A stretch of DNA of 64,000 nt. It comes from an uncultured Fibrobacteria bacterium (GTDB lineage: Bacteria; Fibrobacterota; Fibrobacteria; UBA11236). Both the position numbers and the translations under genes were made by a program. The stretch lies in contig OY970309.1 in assembly GCA_963716395.1 (NCBI GenBank), positions 1,856,001 through 1,920,000 on the forward strand, given 5' to 3'. This document shows positions 18,920-29,500 of the stretch, piece by piece. The notes below the pieces were generated by a model. The model worked only from the letters and a program-made list of their open reading frames with translations. It did no database searches and had not been told where the DNA came from. Each line of letters begins with the position of its first letter. The stretch's first letter is position 1.

Positions 18920-21900
18920 TGACCAAGTTCGCCGTCAAGAACCCGGTCACGGTGATGGTGCTCGCCGTCATCCTGATCGTGGCGGGCATCGGATCGTACA
19001 AGAGCATGCCGCTCGAGTCCTTCCCCGAAATCAAGATTCCCTTGATCTTCGTGACCGTGCTTTACCCGGGCGCTTCGCCGGTGGACATGGAGAAACTGGT
19101 CACCGAGAAAATCGAAGACAAACTCGAAGGCGTCGACGGGTTGAAGCAGGTCACCTCCACATCGGGCGAAGGCTATAGCAGCCTGCAGGTGGAGTTCAAT
19201 CCCGACGTCGAGGTCGAAACGGCGCTACGCCGCGTCAAAGACAAAGTTGACGAAGCCAAACCCGATTTTCCCGCCGACGCCAAAGAGCCGGTGGTCGAGG
19301 AACTGAATTTTTCCAACATCCCGATTTTCGTGATCTCGTTGTCCGCCGATTACGCCAGCGAGCGCCTCGATCAGGTGGCGGAAAACCTCAAGGACCGCAT
19401 CACCAGCCTGCCGGGAGTGCTGGAAGCCAGCCTCACCGGCAAGCAGGATCACGAAGTCGCCATCGACGCCGATCCCGCCAAACTGCAACAATACGGGCTG
19501 TCGCTCGACGATCTCGTCAAGGCCGTGCAGAAGCAGGATCTGAATATTCCCGGCGGCACTCTGATTGCGGGCGGCAACCGCTTTACCATCGAGGTGACGG
19601 GCGAGGTGGAAAACCCCGAAGAGTTCGCCGATCTGGTCGTGCGCTCGCAGAACGGGGCGCTGGTGCACATGCGCGACGTGGCGCATGTGTCGTTCCAATA
19701 CGCGCGCGATCGCGCCACCATTTTCCGTTTGAACGGTAAGAACTCGCTGGCCATCGCCGTGACCAAACGCGTGGGCGCCAACATCGTCGATTTGGTCGAT
19801 CAAATCAAGCAGGTGGTCAACTCGGAGCGGTCCAATTGGCCCAACGGCACCCAGGTCGACTACACCTTCGATCAAAGCACCCAAATCCGCCAGATGGCCA
19901 ATGAATTGCAGAACCATATCATGCTCGGCCTGTTCCTGGTGGTGGGACTGGTATCGTTCTTCCTGGGCTTTCGCAACAGCGTCTTCATCAGCACGGCCAT
20001 ACCCTTCAGCATGATGATGGGCGCCATGTTTCTCAACGCCATGGGGGTCACCCTCAACATGGTGGTGCTGTTCTCCTCGGTGATCGCCTTGGGCATGCTG
20101 GTCGACGACGGCATCGTGGTGGTGGAAAATATCTACCGCCATTTGCACATGGGCAAAGACCGCATCACCGCGGCCATCGACGGCACCAAGGAAGTGGCCG
20201 TGCCGGTAACCACCGCCACCGTCACCACGGTCGCGGCCTTCATGCCCATCGTGTTTATGCCCGGGATGATGGGGCAATTCATGAAATTCCTGCCCATCAC
20301 GGTTTCGGTGATGCTGATCGGATCGCTGTTCGTGGCCTTCGTATTCAACCCCGTGTTCGCTTCGCTGTTCCTGACGAAACAAAGCAAGGGCATGGATGAA
20401 AGCGGAGGCGAACGCTTCGAGCGTTTCCGCAACCTGTACCGCGGCTTTTTGGAGCGCGTGGTCGACCGGCCCCTTCTCGTCGGGCTGTTCTGCTTTCTGT
20501 TCGTGGCCCTGGGCATCATGGCCTATGGAAAATTCGGCACCGGCGTGACGTTCTTTCCCAATATCGAGCCCGACGTCGTGGCCGCCGAAATCACCGGGCC
20601 CCTGGGCATCGACATCGCTTCGACCGATTCGGCGCTCAAAACCATCGAGGCCAAACTGTTCACCATGCCCAAGAGCGTGGCCGACGTCGACAACTATTCG
20701 GCCGTGGTGGGTTTCAACAAAGTCGACGAGGGCGCGGGCGACCGCCGCCCGGCGTCGCATTACGGTTATGTCGACGTGAGTTTCGCCGATTACGATAAGC
20801 GCAAGGTCAGTTCCTGGAAATCGATGCAATGGATGCAAGACAGCGTGCCCAAGGTGCTGCCCGGGTGGAAGGTGGCCATCAAGCAGCAGCAAAACGGTCC
20901 GCCGCAGGGCTATCCGGTTTCTTTCGAGGTGTCGGGGAACGACTTCGACCAGTTGGCGCAAATCGCCGAGCAGGTGAAAGCGAAATTGGCCAAGGTGCCA
21001 GGGCTCATCAATATCGACTGGGATTACGATCCCGTGCGGCCCGAACTTTCGGTGCAGGTCGATCGCGATCAGGCCGAACGCCTGGGCATCAGCACCAGTG
21101 AAATCGCCCTGGCCGTGCGTGGCGCCATTTACGGGTATCAGGCCGCCAAATACAGGGTGGGCAAGGATGAAGACGACGTCATGGTGCGGCTCAATCCTGC
21201 CACCCGCGAAAACTTTTCTGGATTGGACCAGATCACCATTGCGCATGAGGGCGCCTTGATTCCGCTTACATCGGTGGCGCATATCACGCAGAAGGCCAGC
21301 CTGGCCAGCATCCGCCACCTCGACAGCAAACGCACGATTCAAGTGTGGGCCGAACTCGCGGCCGGTGTGCGCGACGAATCCAAACCCAAGGCCGCGGCCC
21401 TGGCCGCGGTGAAAGACATTCCCGTGCCGCCGGGCTACACCTTGGAAACCGGCAGCAGCAACCGCGATCAGGACGAATCGCAGGCCTTTCTGGAAAAGGC
21501 CTTCTTGATCGCGGTGGCGCTGGTGGTGCTTACCATGGTGGCGCAGTTCAATTCCATCGCGCAGCCGTTCTTCGTCTTCATCAGCATTCTCCTTTCGTTG
21601 GGCGGCGTGTTTTGGGGATTGTTGTTCATGCACGTGACCTTTTCGATTCTCATGACCGGCATCGGCATCATCGCCTTGGCGGGCGTGGTGGCCAAGAACG
21701 GCATCGTGCTCATCGACTTCATCAATCGCTTGCGGCACAGCGGCGTGCCCTTGCGCCAGGCGGTGATCGAAGGCGGCGCCACGCGCTTGCGGCCGGTTCT
21801 GCTCACTGCGGTCACGGCCATGATCGGCCTGGTGCCCATGGCCACCGGCGTGGGTTTTGATTTCTTCCACCTGCGGCTCATTCTGCGCTCGCAGAGCTCG

Positions 21901-22041
21901 CTGTGGTGGACGCCGATGGCCTGGGCCATATTCTGGGGTCTGTTCTTCAACACCATTTTGACCTTGGTGGTGGTGCCCACCTTGTATCTGGGATGGGAGC
22001 GGCTCAAGGCCAAGATTCTGCGCAAACACATCGTGGTTTAA
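18919..22041 (+). CDS. RND efflux permease (AcrB/D/F family)
   Basis: 1040 aa, GMLVDDGIVVVENI, KNGIVLID and RLRPVLLT motifs. Confidence 0.95.
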   Translation: MTKFAVKNPVTVMVLAVILIVAGIGSYKSMPLESFPEIKIPLIFVTVLYPGASPVDMEKLVTEKIEDKLEGVDGLKQVTSTSGEGYSSLQVEFNPDVEVETALRRVKDKVDEAKPDFPADAKEPVVEELNFSNIPIFVISLSADYASERLDQVAENLKDRITSLPGVLEASLTGKQDHEVAIDADPAKLQQYGLSLDDLVKAVQKQDLNIPGGTLIAGGNRFTIEVTGEVENPEEFADLVVRSQNGALVHMRDVAHVSFQYARDRATIFRLNGKNSLAIAVTKRVGANIVDLVDQIKQVVNSERSNWPNGTQVDYTFDQSTQIRQMANELQNHIMLGLFLVVGLVSFFLGFRNSVFISTAIPFSMMMGAMFLNAMGVTLNMVVLFSSVIALGMLVDDGIVVVENIYRHLHMGKDRITAAIDGTKEVAVPVTTATVTTVAAFMPIVFMPGMMGQFMKFLPITVSVMLIGSLFVAFVFNPVFASLFLTKQSKGMDESGGERFERFRNLYRGFLERVVDRPLLVGLFCFLFVALGIMAYGKFGTGVTFFPNIEPDVVAAEITGPLGIDIASTDSALKTIEAKLFTMPKSVADVDNYSAVVGFNKVDEGAGDRRPASHYGYVDVSFADYDKRKVSSWKSMQWMQDSVPKVLPGWKVAIKQQQNGPPQGYPVSFEVSGNDFDQLAQIAEQVKAKLAKVPGLINIDWDYDPVRPELSVQVDRDQAERLGISTSEIALAVRGAIYGYQAAKYRVGKDEDDVMVRLNPATRENFSGLDQITIAHEGALIPLTSVAHITQKASLASIRHLDSKRTIQVWAELAAGVRDESKPKAAALAAVKDIPVPPGYTLETGSSNRDQDESQAFLEKAFLIAVALVVLTMVAQFNSIAQPFFVFISILLSLGGVFWGLLFMHVTFSILMTGIGIIALAGVVAKNGIVLIDFINRLRHSGVPLRQAVIEGGATRLRPVLLTAVTAMIGLVPMATGVGFDFFHLRLILRSQSSLWWTPMAWAIFWGLFFNTILTLVVVPTLYLGWERLKAKILRKHIVV

Positions 22042-22070
22042 AAAAACGGCGGAGCTTTCGCCCCGCCGTT
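22040..22070 (-). terminator. Rho-independent terminator of the perR-dps-ahpC operon
   Basis: Minus strand AACGGCGGGGC-GAAA-GCTCCGCCGTT followed by a U-tract. Confidence 0.85.
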
Positions 22071-22097
22071 GCGACGTCCCAAAAAACGGGCCCGGAT

Positions 22098-22688
22098 TCA
22101 GGCCGCGTGGCGCGCGAGATAGGCTCCCACCGATTCGCGGTTTTCACGCAGGGCGTCTTCGCCCGGATGCCAGTTGGCCGGGCAGACTTCGCCGTTCTCT
22201 TCGTAGAATTGCAACGCGTCGAGAATGCGCAGGGCTTCGTCTACGCTGCGGCCCAGGGGCAAATCGTTGATCAGGGCATGCCGCACGATTCCGGCCTGGT
22301 CGATGAGAAACAAGCCGCGCAACGCCACTTCTTCGTTCAAGAGCACGCCGTATTGGCGCGCGATGGACTTGCTCAAGTCGGCCACCACGGGATGTCCGAT
22401 GGCGCCGATGCCGCCTTGAACCACGGGTATATTCCGCCACGCTGCCAAGGTGTGCTGCGAATCCACCGACACGCCGATCACCTCGCAGCCGCGCGCCTGA
22501 AAATCCTTGAGCCGCTTGTCGAAGGCCAGGATTTCCGTGGGGCAGACGAAGGTGAACGCCAGCGGAAAGAAATACAGAATAACGTGCTTTCCCCGGTACG
22601 CGGCCAGATCGACTTCACCCAGCGATCCGTCGGGTAGGACCGCCTTGGCCTTAAAGGCCGGTGCGGGTTGGGTGACGAGGGTGTTCAT
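22098..22688 (-). CDS. ahpC: 2-Cys peroxiredoxin (AhpC/TSA)
   Basis: FTFVCPTE, RGLFLID, GRSVDE and EVCPANW motifs. Confidence 0.95.
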   Translation of the reverse strand: MNTLVTQPAPAFKAKAVLPDGSLGEVDLAAYRGKHVILYFFPLAFTFVCPTEILAFDKRLKDFQARGCEVIGVSVDSQHTLAAWRNIPVVQGGIGAIGHPVVADLSKSIARQYGVLLNEEVALRGLFLIDQAGIVRHALINDLPLGRSVDEALRILDALQFYEENGEVCPANWHPGEDALRENRESVGAYLARHAA

Positions 22689-22714
22689 GGTGTTCTCCTT
22701 GGTTGATGTGATTC

Positions 22715-23203
22715 TTATTCCTCCAGCAGGCTGCGAAGCATCCAGGCGGTTTTTTCATGCACCTGTAACCGCTGGGTCAACAAATCCATGGTGGCCTGGT
22801 CGCCGGCTTTTTCCGCGGCGGGAAAAACCTCGCGCACGGTTTTGGCCACGGTTTCATGCCCTTTGACGAGCGAGCGGATCATGTCGACGGCCTTGGGCAC
22901 GCCGTCTTCTTCGGCGATGGCGGTCAATTTTGCAAAGGCCGCATAGGTGGCCGGGGCCGGATGGCCCAGGGCGCGGATGCGCTCGGCTACGAGATCGACG
23001 GCCAGCGCCAATTCATTGTAATGCTGCTCGAACATGAGGTGCAGGGTTTGGAACATGGGACCGACGACGTTCCAGTGGAAGTTGTGCGTCTTCAAATACA
23101 GGGTATAAGTGTCGGCCAGCACGCGGGACAAACCTTGCGCCACCTGGCGGCGATCGGATTCGGTGATGCCGATTTCAATGGAAGCATGGGATGGGGAATT
23201 CAT
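22715..23203 (-). CDS. dps: Dps DNA-protection/ferritin-like protein
   Basis: [28 protein letters not shown] and HEKTAWML motifs; start overlaps the perR stop. Confidence 0.95.
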   Translation of the reverse strand: MNSPSHASIEIGITESDRRQVAQGLSRVLADTYTLYLKTHNFHWNVVGPMFQTLHLMFEQHYNELALAVDLVAERIRALGHPAPATYAAFAKLTAIAEEDGVPKAVDMIRSLVKGHETVAKTVREVFPAAEKAGDQATMDLLTQRLQVHEKTAWMLRSLLEE

Positions 23204-23646
23204 GGGCGGATCTCCTTGTGTTGAGAGGTGAAGGTGCGTTGCTTTAAAGTACGTTCCCCCCGCCGGCATTCGGAACACAAACCGATGACGCGCACCGATA
23301 CCTCTTCGGCCTGGAAGTGGGCGAGTCGCGGCAGTTTGGCCGCAGCCAGGCGGCCGAGCACATCGGCGTCTTCGATGCGGCCGCATCGGCGGCAGATCAG
23401 GTGGTCGTGCCGCGCCAGCATGCCGTCGTAGCGTACGCCTTCTTCTTCCGAACCCACGCGCCGGATCGTGCCGGCCGCCAGCAGAAAATTCAACGAGTTG
23501 TACACCGTGGCCACGCTCAGGCCCGGGTCTTTTTTCGCCACGCGGTCGAACACCTGCCGCGCCGTGGGGTGGTCATGGCTGGCGCGTACCACGTCGAGCA
23601 CGGTGCGCCGATGCGGGGTCAGGGTGTGCGAGGTCGGAGGGGTCAT
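23200..23646 (-). CDS. perR: Fur-family peroxide regulator PerR
   Basis: [25 protein letters not shown] and CSEC motifs; first gene of the dps-ahpC operon. Confidence 0.85.
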   Translation of the reverse strand: MTPPTSHTLTPHRRTVLDVVRASHDHPTARQVFDRVAKKDPGLSVATVYNSLNFLLAAGTIRRVGSEEEGVRYDGMLARHDHLICRRCGRIEDADVLGRLAAAKLPRLAHFQAEEVSVRVIGLCSECRRGERTLKQRTFTSQHKEIRP

Positions 23647-23681
23647 GGGGAGAATTTATAATTATTCTAATTATAAGTCAA
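23647..23681 (-). promoter_or_regulatory. perR promoter overlapped by two Per boxes
   Basis: TTGACT-17-TAAATT-6-ATG; TTATAATtATTCTAA at 23656-23670 has one mismatch to TTATAATnATTATAA; a second box is offset by 6 bp. Confidence 0.8.
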
Positions 23682-23697
23682 GCGCACTCCGGCGGCC

Positions 23698-24687
23698 TCA
23701 GGGTTTTCCGGGATGCCGTCCCTCCGGCAGATAGTGCGCCAACCAGTGCACCACGATTTTGGTGGCCAAAACGGCTCCGGCGGCATTGACATGCCCGGGG
23801 TCTTTGTAAAGACCCGCATCGTCGTCGTGCCATGCCGGCAGTCCGTAAAAGTCCAGGTAGGGAACGCCATACCGTTCCAGCACGCTATCCACGGATTGGG
23901 CCACGTATTCCAGGCTCCCGTCGTTCCGGAACTCGGGAGCGGTGAAGGCCGCCAGGAAGACGCCCTGACTTTTCAAACGTCCGGCCAAATCCGACAACAT
24001 CTGCAAATGCGATCGGGAGACGGGAAAAGCGCTGCGGGGAAAATAGGGATGCCGTTTTTCGGACTTGCGTTCCAGCCGGATCACTCGCAGCGAATCTCCC
24101 GGTTCCGCCGCAAACGCGCTGAACCCGTGGGAGGTGTCCGGGAGCGGATGCAACCAATCCCGCAGCAGGTAAAAAAACTGGCCGTTGAACGGGTACAGGG
24201 CGGATAAGAATTTAAGCCGATCCAGCAGGGGCCATTCCCGCGCCTGGCGATCCACCCAGTTTCCCCGGCGCCACAGAGTGCGCAAAAAACGCCGGTCGTG
24301 CAGGGTATCGGCGTCGGCGTTCTTATCGGGGAGGAAGGCTTCCAGATCCAATTCCAACAGCACCGCGGGCGGTAACCGGCCCGCTTCCTCGATCAGCCCC
24401 AACACGCCGTTGGCCCAATAAATTTCGTATCCGGCGTGCCCGAGATTATAGGTCGGGTAGGGAAAAAATTCGGGATCCACCGTATATTCCATGCGGCTGC
24501 TTCCCACCAGCAGCAGATACGGACGGACCCGACCCTGCAACACGTTTTGAATCCGGCCGCCATGGTCGCCGCTTCGGGTCAACCTTTGGATGCGGCGGAA
24601 GCCAAAGACGAGCAGACGATCGCATAGCAGGAGCGACCCGCCCAGCAGGGTCAGGAAAAAAAATACGCGCCGTTTTTCCCGGTTCAT
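23698..24687 (-). CDS. SGNH-like periplasmic O-acyltransferase partner (AlgJ/DltD/PatB-like)
   Basis: N-terminal TM, VGSSR, NLG and DPGHVN (DxxH) motifs; directly downstream of an MBOAT. Confidence 0.7.
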   Translation of the reverse strand: MNREKRRVFFFLTLLGGSLLLCDRLLVFGFRRIQRLTRSGDHGGRIQNVLQGRVRPYLLLVGSSRMEYTVDPEFFPYPTYNLGHAGYEIYWANGVLGLIEEAGRLPPAVLLELDLEAFLPDKNADADTLHDRRFLRTLWRRGNWVDRQAREWPLLDRLKFLSALYPFNGQFFYLLRDWLHPLPDTSHGFSAFAAEPGDSLRVIRLERKSEKRHPYFPRSAFPVSRSHLQMLSDLAGRLKSQGVFLAAFTAPEFRNDGSLEYVAQSVDSVLERYGVPYLDFYGLPAWHDDDAGLYKDPGHVNAAGAVLATKIVVHWLAHYLPEGRHPGKP

Positions 24688-24697
24688 CGGCCGCGCC

Positions 24698-26179
24698 TTA
24701 GAATTTGAAATAAATGAAAGCGCCGCCGTGTTCGACGCCCAGAAGGAGTACGGCCAGCGCGAAAAACGCGTTTAAAGCCAGTGGAAATTTCCATTGAAAA
24801 CGGGATGATGGTGCGGCTTTTCCGGTCGGCACGAAGAGCGCGGCGAAGCCTTGGGAGGAGGAGGGGAAACGCCGCAGCCATACCGCTTCAAAGCCCAACA
24901 TCAAGAGCAACTGCGGCAAGGCGCTCACCAAAGAGGTTTTATGCAGGATGTGCAGGTGCAGTAAGGACGCGGGATGGGCGATGCGGGAGAAAATGAGCAG
25001 AGCTTCCCTCAATCCGCCGGCACGAAAAAGAATCCACCCCAGGCATACCACATGGAAGGTCAGAAAAATGCGCAGCGCCTGGAAGCAACGTCCCCGGAAA
25101 CCCGGGGTATGGCTCCCCTTCTCCAGAAATTTTAGGGGTAAAAATTTTTCCCGCGACAGCCAAAGGGCGTGCCAAGCGCCCCACAAAATGAAGGTCCAGG
25201 CCGCCCCGTGCCAAAGTCCCGCCAGCAACATCGTCACACACAAGTTACGTAAGGTGGCGATCTTTCCGGCCCGGTTGCCGCCCAGGGGGATGTATAAATA
25301 ATCGCGCATCAAGGTCGACAGCGAGATATGCCACCGCCGCCAGAAATCCGTCAGGGTTTCCGCGAAGTAGGGGAAGCGGAAATTTTCGCGTACTTCCACG
25401 CCCAGCATCCGCGCCGTTCCCAGCGCGATGTCCGAATATCCCGAGAAGTCGCAGTAGATCTGGAAGGCAAAGAGGTACACCGTCAGCAGCAAGGTTCCGC
25501 CTCCGAATTCCCCGGGCGAAGCAAAGGCCCAATTGACGTGCAAGGCCAGAGCGTCGGCGATGACGACCTTTTTCCACAGGCCGAACAGGGCCTGTGTCAA
25601 GCCGCCCAGAAACCGGGATGCGTTGAGTGGCGGCGCCGGGCGGTGAAATTGGGGCAGTAAGGTCGAAGCCCGCTCAATGGGCCCGGCCACGAGCAGCGGA
25701 AAGAAACAGACATACAACGCATAATGCGGAAAACTTTTTTCCACCGGCACGCGGCCGCGGTAGACATCGACGACATAGGCGATGGAATGAAAGGTGTAGA
25801 AGGAAATTCCCAAGGGCAGAATCCAATGCCAGATCGGGAACGCACGATGCAAATGCAGGGCCCGGAGGCCGACGTTGAGGCTCGCCGCCCCGAACGCCTC
25901 ATATTTGAAGAGGGCCAAGATGGAAAGATTTGCGGTGATGCCGGCCGTCAGCAAAAAACGGCGCGCCGCGGGATGCTTTTGTTGCGACAGCAGGCGCCCT
26001 ACGGTATAGTCGAACAGGGTATTGCCCAGCAGCAAAAACAGGAAAACCGGTTTCCACCAGGCGTAAAAGATCCAACTGGCGAGCAGCAAAATCGGAATGC
26101 GCCAACGATCTCCGCCCACCGAGCAGAGGATCAAAACGATTACAAAGAAAATCGGGAAGTCGAGGGACGCGAAGGTCAT
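24698..26179 (-). CDS. MBOAT O-acyltransferase (AlgI/DltB/PatA-like)
   Basis: LPLGISFYTF, AGPIER, QIYCDFSGYSD, FWRRWHISLS and GLWHGA motifs. Confidence 0.95.
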   Translation of the reverse strand: MTFASLDFPIFFVIVLILCSVGGDRWRIPILLLASWIFYAWWKPVFLFLLLGNTLFDYTVGRLLSQQKHPAARRFLLTAGITANLSILALFKYEAFGAASLNVGLRALHLHRAFPIWHWILPLGISFYTFHSIAYVVDVYRGRVPVEKSFPHYALYVCFFPLLVAGPIERASTLLPQFHRPAPPLNASRFLGGLTQALFGLWKKVVIADALALHVNWAFASPGEFGGGTLLLTVYLFAFQIYCDFSGYSDIALGTARMLGVEVRENFRFPYFAETLTDFWRRWHISLSTLMRDYLYIPLGGNRAGKIATLRNLCVTMLLAGLWHGAAWTFILWGAWHALWLSREKFLPLKFLEKGSHTPGFRGRCFQALRIFLTFHVVCLGWILFRAGGLREALLIFSRIAHPASLLHLHILHKTSLVSALPQLLLMLGFEAVWLRRFPSSSQGFAALFVPTGKAAPSSRFQWKFPLALNAFFALAVLLLGVEHGGAFIYFKF

Positions 26180-26509
26180 GGAATCCCGATCTAACGGATT
26201 TTGGCGAAACTTTCCATGCATACCGGAATTCGCTGTGCCTGCAATAATAAAACCGCGCGGAATCGAAGCCGATGTCGTGAGCTTCGCACCGGCGCCGAAT
26301 CGGTGCGGGTTTTTCCGGGGGCTATCCACCCATCAGCCTTGGCTCTGGATTCACCACTGGAAAATTCTCCGTGCATGGCCCCGGAATCGGCGCTGCGCAT
26401 TTTTACACTTTTCCAGGAAGAACGGCATGCCACAATTTTCGCTTTCCCATCCGGGTTCGCATCCGCCGGCTCCGGCGGTCCCGACGCGCAAGAAGACGCT
26501 CCCTTCGGC

Positions 26510-29500
26510 ATGAAACCGCGCGCCTTCAAACGCCAGCCGCGTTGGTATCTCGACGCCGTCATTTACCAGGTGCATGTCAAAAGCTTTTTCGACGGCAACG
26601 AAGACGGTTCGGGCGATCTGCCCGGTCTGATCCAAAAACTTGATTACATCCGCGAGCTGGGCGTGACGGCTTTGTGGTTGTTGCCGTTCTACCCGAGCCC
26701 GTTGCGCGACGACGGCTACGACATTTCCGACTACATGGGCGTACACCCGACCTACGGCACGCTCGACGACTTCCGCACTTTGCTGCAAGAGGCGCATGCC
26801 CGCGGCATCTACGTCATCACCGAACTGGTGATCAACCACACTTCGGATCAGCATCCCTGGTTCCAGCGCGCCCGAGTCGCGGCGCCGGGATCGACCGAGC
26901 GCGATTTCTACGTGTGGAGCGACGATCCCGAACGCTACCAGGACGCGCGCATCATCTTCAAGGATTTCGAACCGTCGAACTGGACCTGGGATTCCATCGG
27001 CAACGCCTATTACTGGCATCGCTTCTACAGCCACCAGCCCGATCTCAATTTCGACAGCCCGGCCGTGCACGAGGCCGTGCTGCAGGTGCTGGATTTCTGG
27101 CTGGGCATGGGCGTCGACGGCCTGCGGCTCGACGCCGTGCCTTACCTGTATGAACGCGAAGGCACCTCGTGCGAAAACCTGCCCGAGACGCACGCCTTTC
27201 TGCGCAAGCTCTCGGCCTATGTGCGCAAGCATTACGATGAGCGCATGCTCCTGGCCGAGGCCAACCAATGGCCCGAAGATGCGGCCGCGTATTTCGGCAA
27301 GGGCGACGAGTGCCAAATGGCCTTCCACTTTCCTCTCATGCCGCGGCTGTACATGGCCGTAGCCATGGAAGACCGCTTTCCCATCGTCGACATTCTCGAA
27401 CAGACGCCGCAGCTTCCCGAAGGCTGCCAATGGGCGATCTTTTTGCGCAACCACGACGAGCTGACGCTGGAAATGCTCACCGACGAAGAGCGCGACTACA
27501 TGGTGCGCGTGTATGCGCACGACCGCCGCGCGCGCATCAACCTCGGCATCCGCCGCCGGCTGGCGCCGCTCATGGCCAACAACCGCCGCAAGCTCGAACT
27601 GCTCAACAACCTGCTGCTCTCGCTGCCGGGCGCGCCGATTCTGTATTACGGCGACGAGATCGGCATGGGCGACAACTTCTACCTCGGCGACCGCAACGGC
27701 GTACGCACGCCCATGCAATGGAGTCCGGATCGCAATGCGGGGTTTTCCCGCGCCAATTCGCAGCGCCTGTTTCTGCCGGTTATCATCGATCCCGAATACC
27801 ATTACGAAACCGTCAACGTGGAAAACCAGGAGCACAACCCGAGTTCCCTGCTCTGGTGGCTGCGGCGGCGCATCGCCCTGCGCAACCGGCACGCCGTGTT
27901 CAGCCGCGGCGAAACGGTGTTCCTGGCTTCGGACAACGTGCGCGTGCTGGCCTTTTTGCGCCGCGCCCACGACGACGCGGTGCTCGTGGTCGCCAATCTT
28001 TCCGAGCACCCGCAGACCGCGGCGCTGGGTCTGGCCGAATGGGCCGGCAGCCGGCCCATCGAATTGACGGGGCAGACGCCGTTTCCGGCCGTCGAGGCCG
28101 ATCCGTATCGCGTCATGCTGGGATCTTACGACGTGATTTGGCTCAAGCTCTCGGCGCCGGGCGAAGCGGTCGAGCCCGATCGCTTCCAGATCCGTTCCCT
28201 GCCGCCGGCACGGAATTGGCGCGACCTGCTGCATCCTTCGCGCATCGATTTGTGGCAGTCGGCGCTGCCGTTGTGGCTTTCGAAATCCGGCCTGGCCGAA
28301 GCCAGCCTTGAACCTGTCTGCCATTTCGCCTTGCCCGGCCTGCCGCCCGAGTCGGCGGCTTTGGTGTTGGCGCGCAATACCTCGGCGCAGGGAAACGGAA
28401 GCTGGATGGCGTTGCCGCTCATGTTCGTCGAGGCCGCGGCGTCGCCGCCGCCTCCGGCGGCCGTGGTGGCGCGGGTACAGAACGGCAGCAAAAGCGGATG
28501 GCTTTGCGATGCGGCCTCGCATCCCGACGGCGCGGCCGCGTTGGCGCGCATGCTCATCACACCCTCCAGTTTGCAGGGGCCGCACGGTGTTTTAAAAGCC
28601 TGGTCGCCCCACCCGCTCGCCGACGTACCCGAGGATTTGAATCTGCGCACCGTGCCCTTGGCCGAAAATTCATCGCGCAGCGCCACGATTTCGTTTCAGG
28701 ATTTCGGCGTGCTCAAGTGGTTTCGCCAATTGCCCGAAGGCGTGCATCCCGATCCCGAAATCACCTTGTTTCTCGGCGAATGGGCGCATTTCGAAGGCGC
28801 GCCCCGCGTGCTGGGCATGCTCGAATGGCAGCCCGAAGGCGGCGAGACCTGTACCGTGGCCTATTTGCAGCAATGGGTGCGCGCGGATCGCAGCGCCTGG
28901 GATTTGTTCTGCGACGTGCTGGCCAAAGCCATTGAGTCGGTCGAAGTCGACGGCCGCCTGTGGAGCCAGCCTCCGGCCCTGGGTAATTATGCGCGTCCAT
29001 CCGATTTCGAAACCTGGGCCGAACCTTTGCAGGAGGCCCTGGGCGGACATGTGCGGGAATTTCTGATTCTCCTCGGCGAACGCGTGGCGGCCTTGCATCT
29101 GGCGTTGGCTTCGGATTCGGACGTGCCCGAATTCGAACCCGAACCGTTCACCTGGCATTACCAGCAGGCGGCGTTCCAGGCGATTCGCAGCCTGATGAAC
29201 CGGCATTACTCGCGCTTGCAATACGCCGCGACCCATTGGGAGGCGCCACTGCGCGAGCTCGCGCAGGAAGTGCTGGAGGGCCGCGACGCCGTGCTGGCCC
29301 GCATCCGCCCGCTGCGCGAGCGGAAAATCGAAACCTCCAAGATCCGCATCCACGGCAACCTGACCTTGTCGCAAATCCTGTTCACCGGCAAAGACTTCGT
29401 TTTGCAGGCGTTCGAAGGCGACCCGCACTTCACGCCCGAAGAACGCCGGCACAAATACTCGGCGCTGCGCGATGTGGCCACCTTGATTCGGTCGTTTCAG

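Noticed and set aside
19225-22029. 934-aa antisense ORF
   Set aside because: Shadow of the RND permease; an in-register antisense frame that stays open because of high-GC codon bias, with no recognisable motifs
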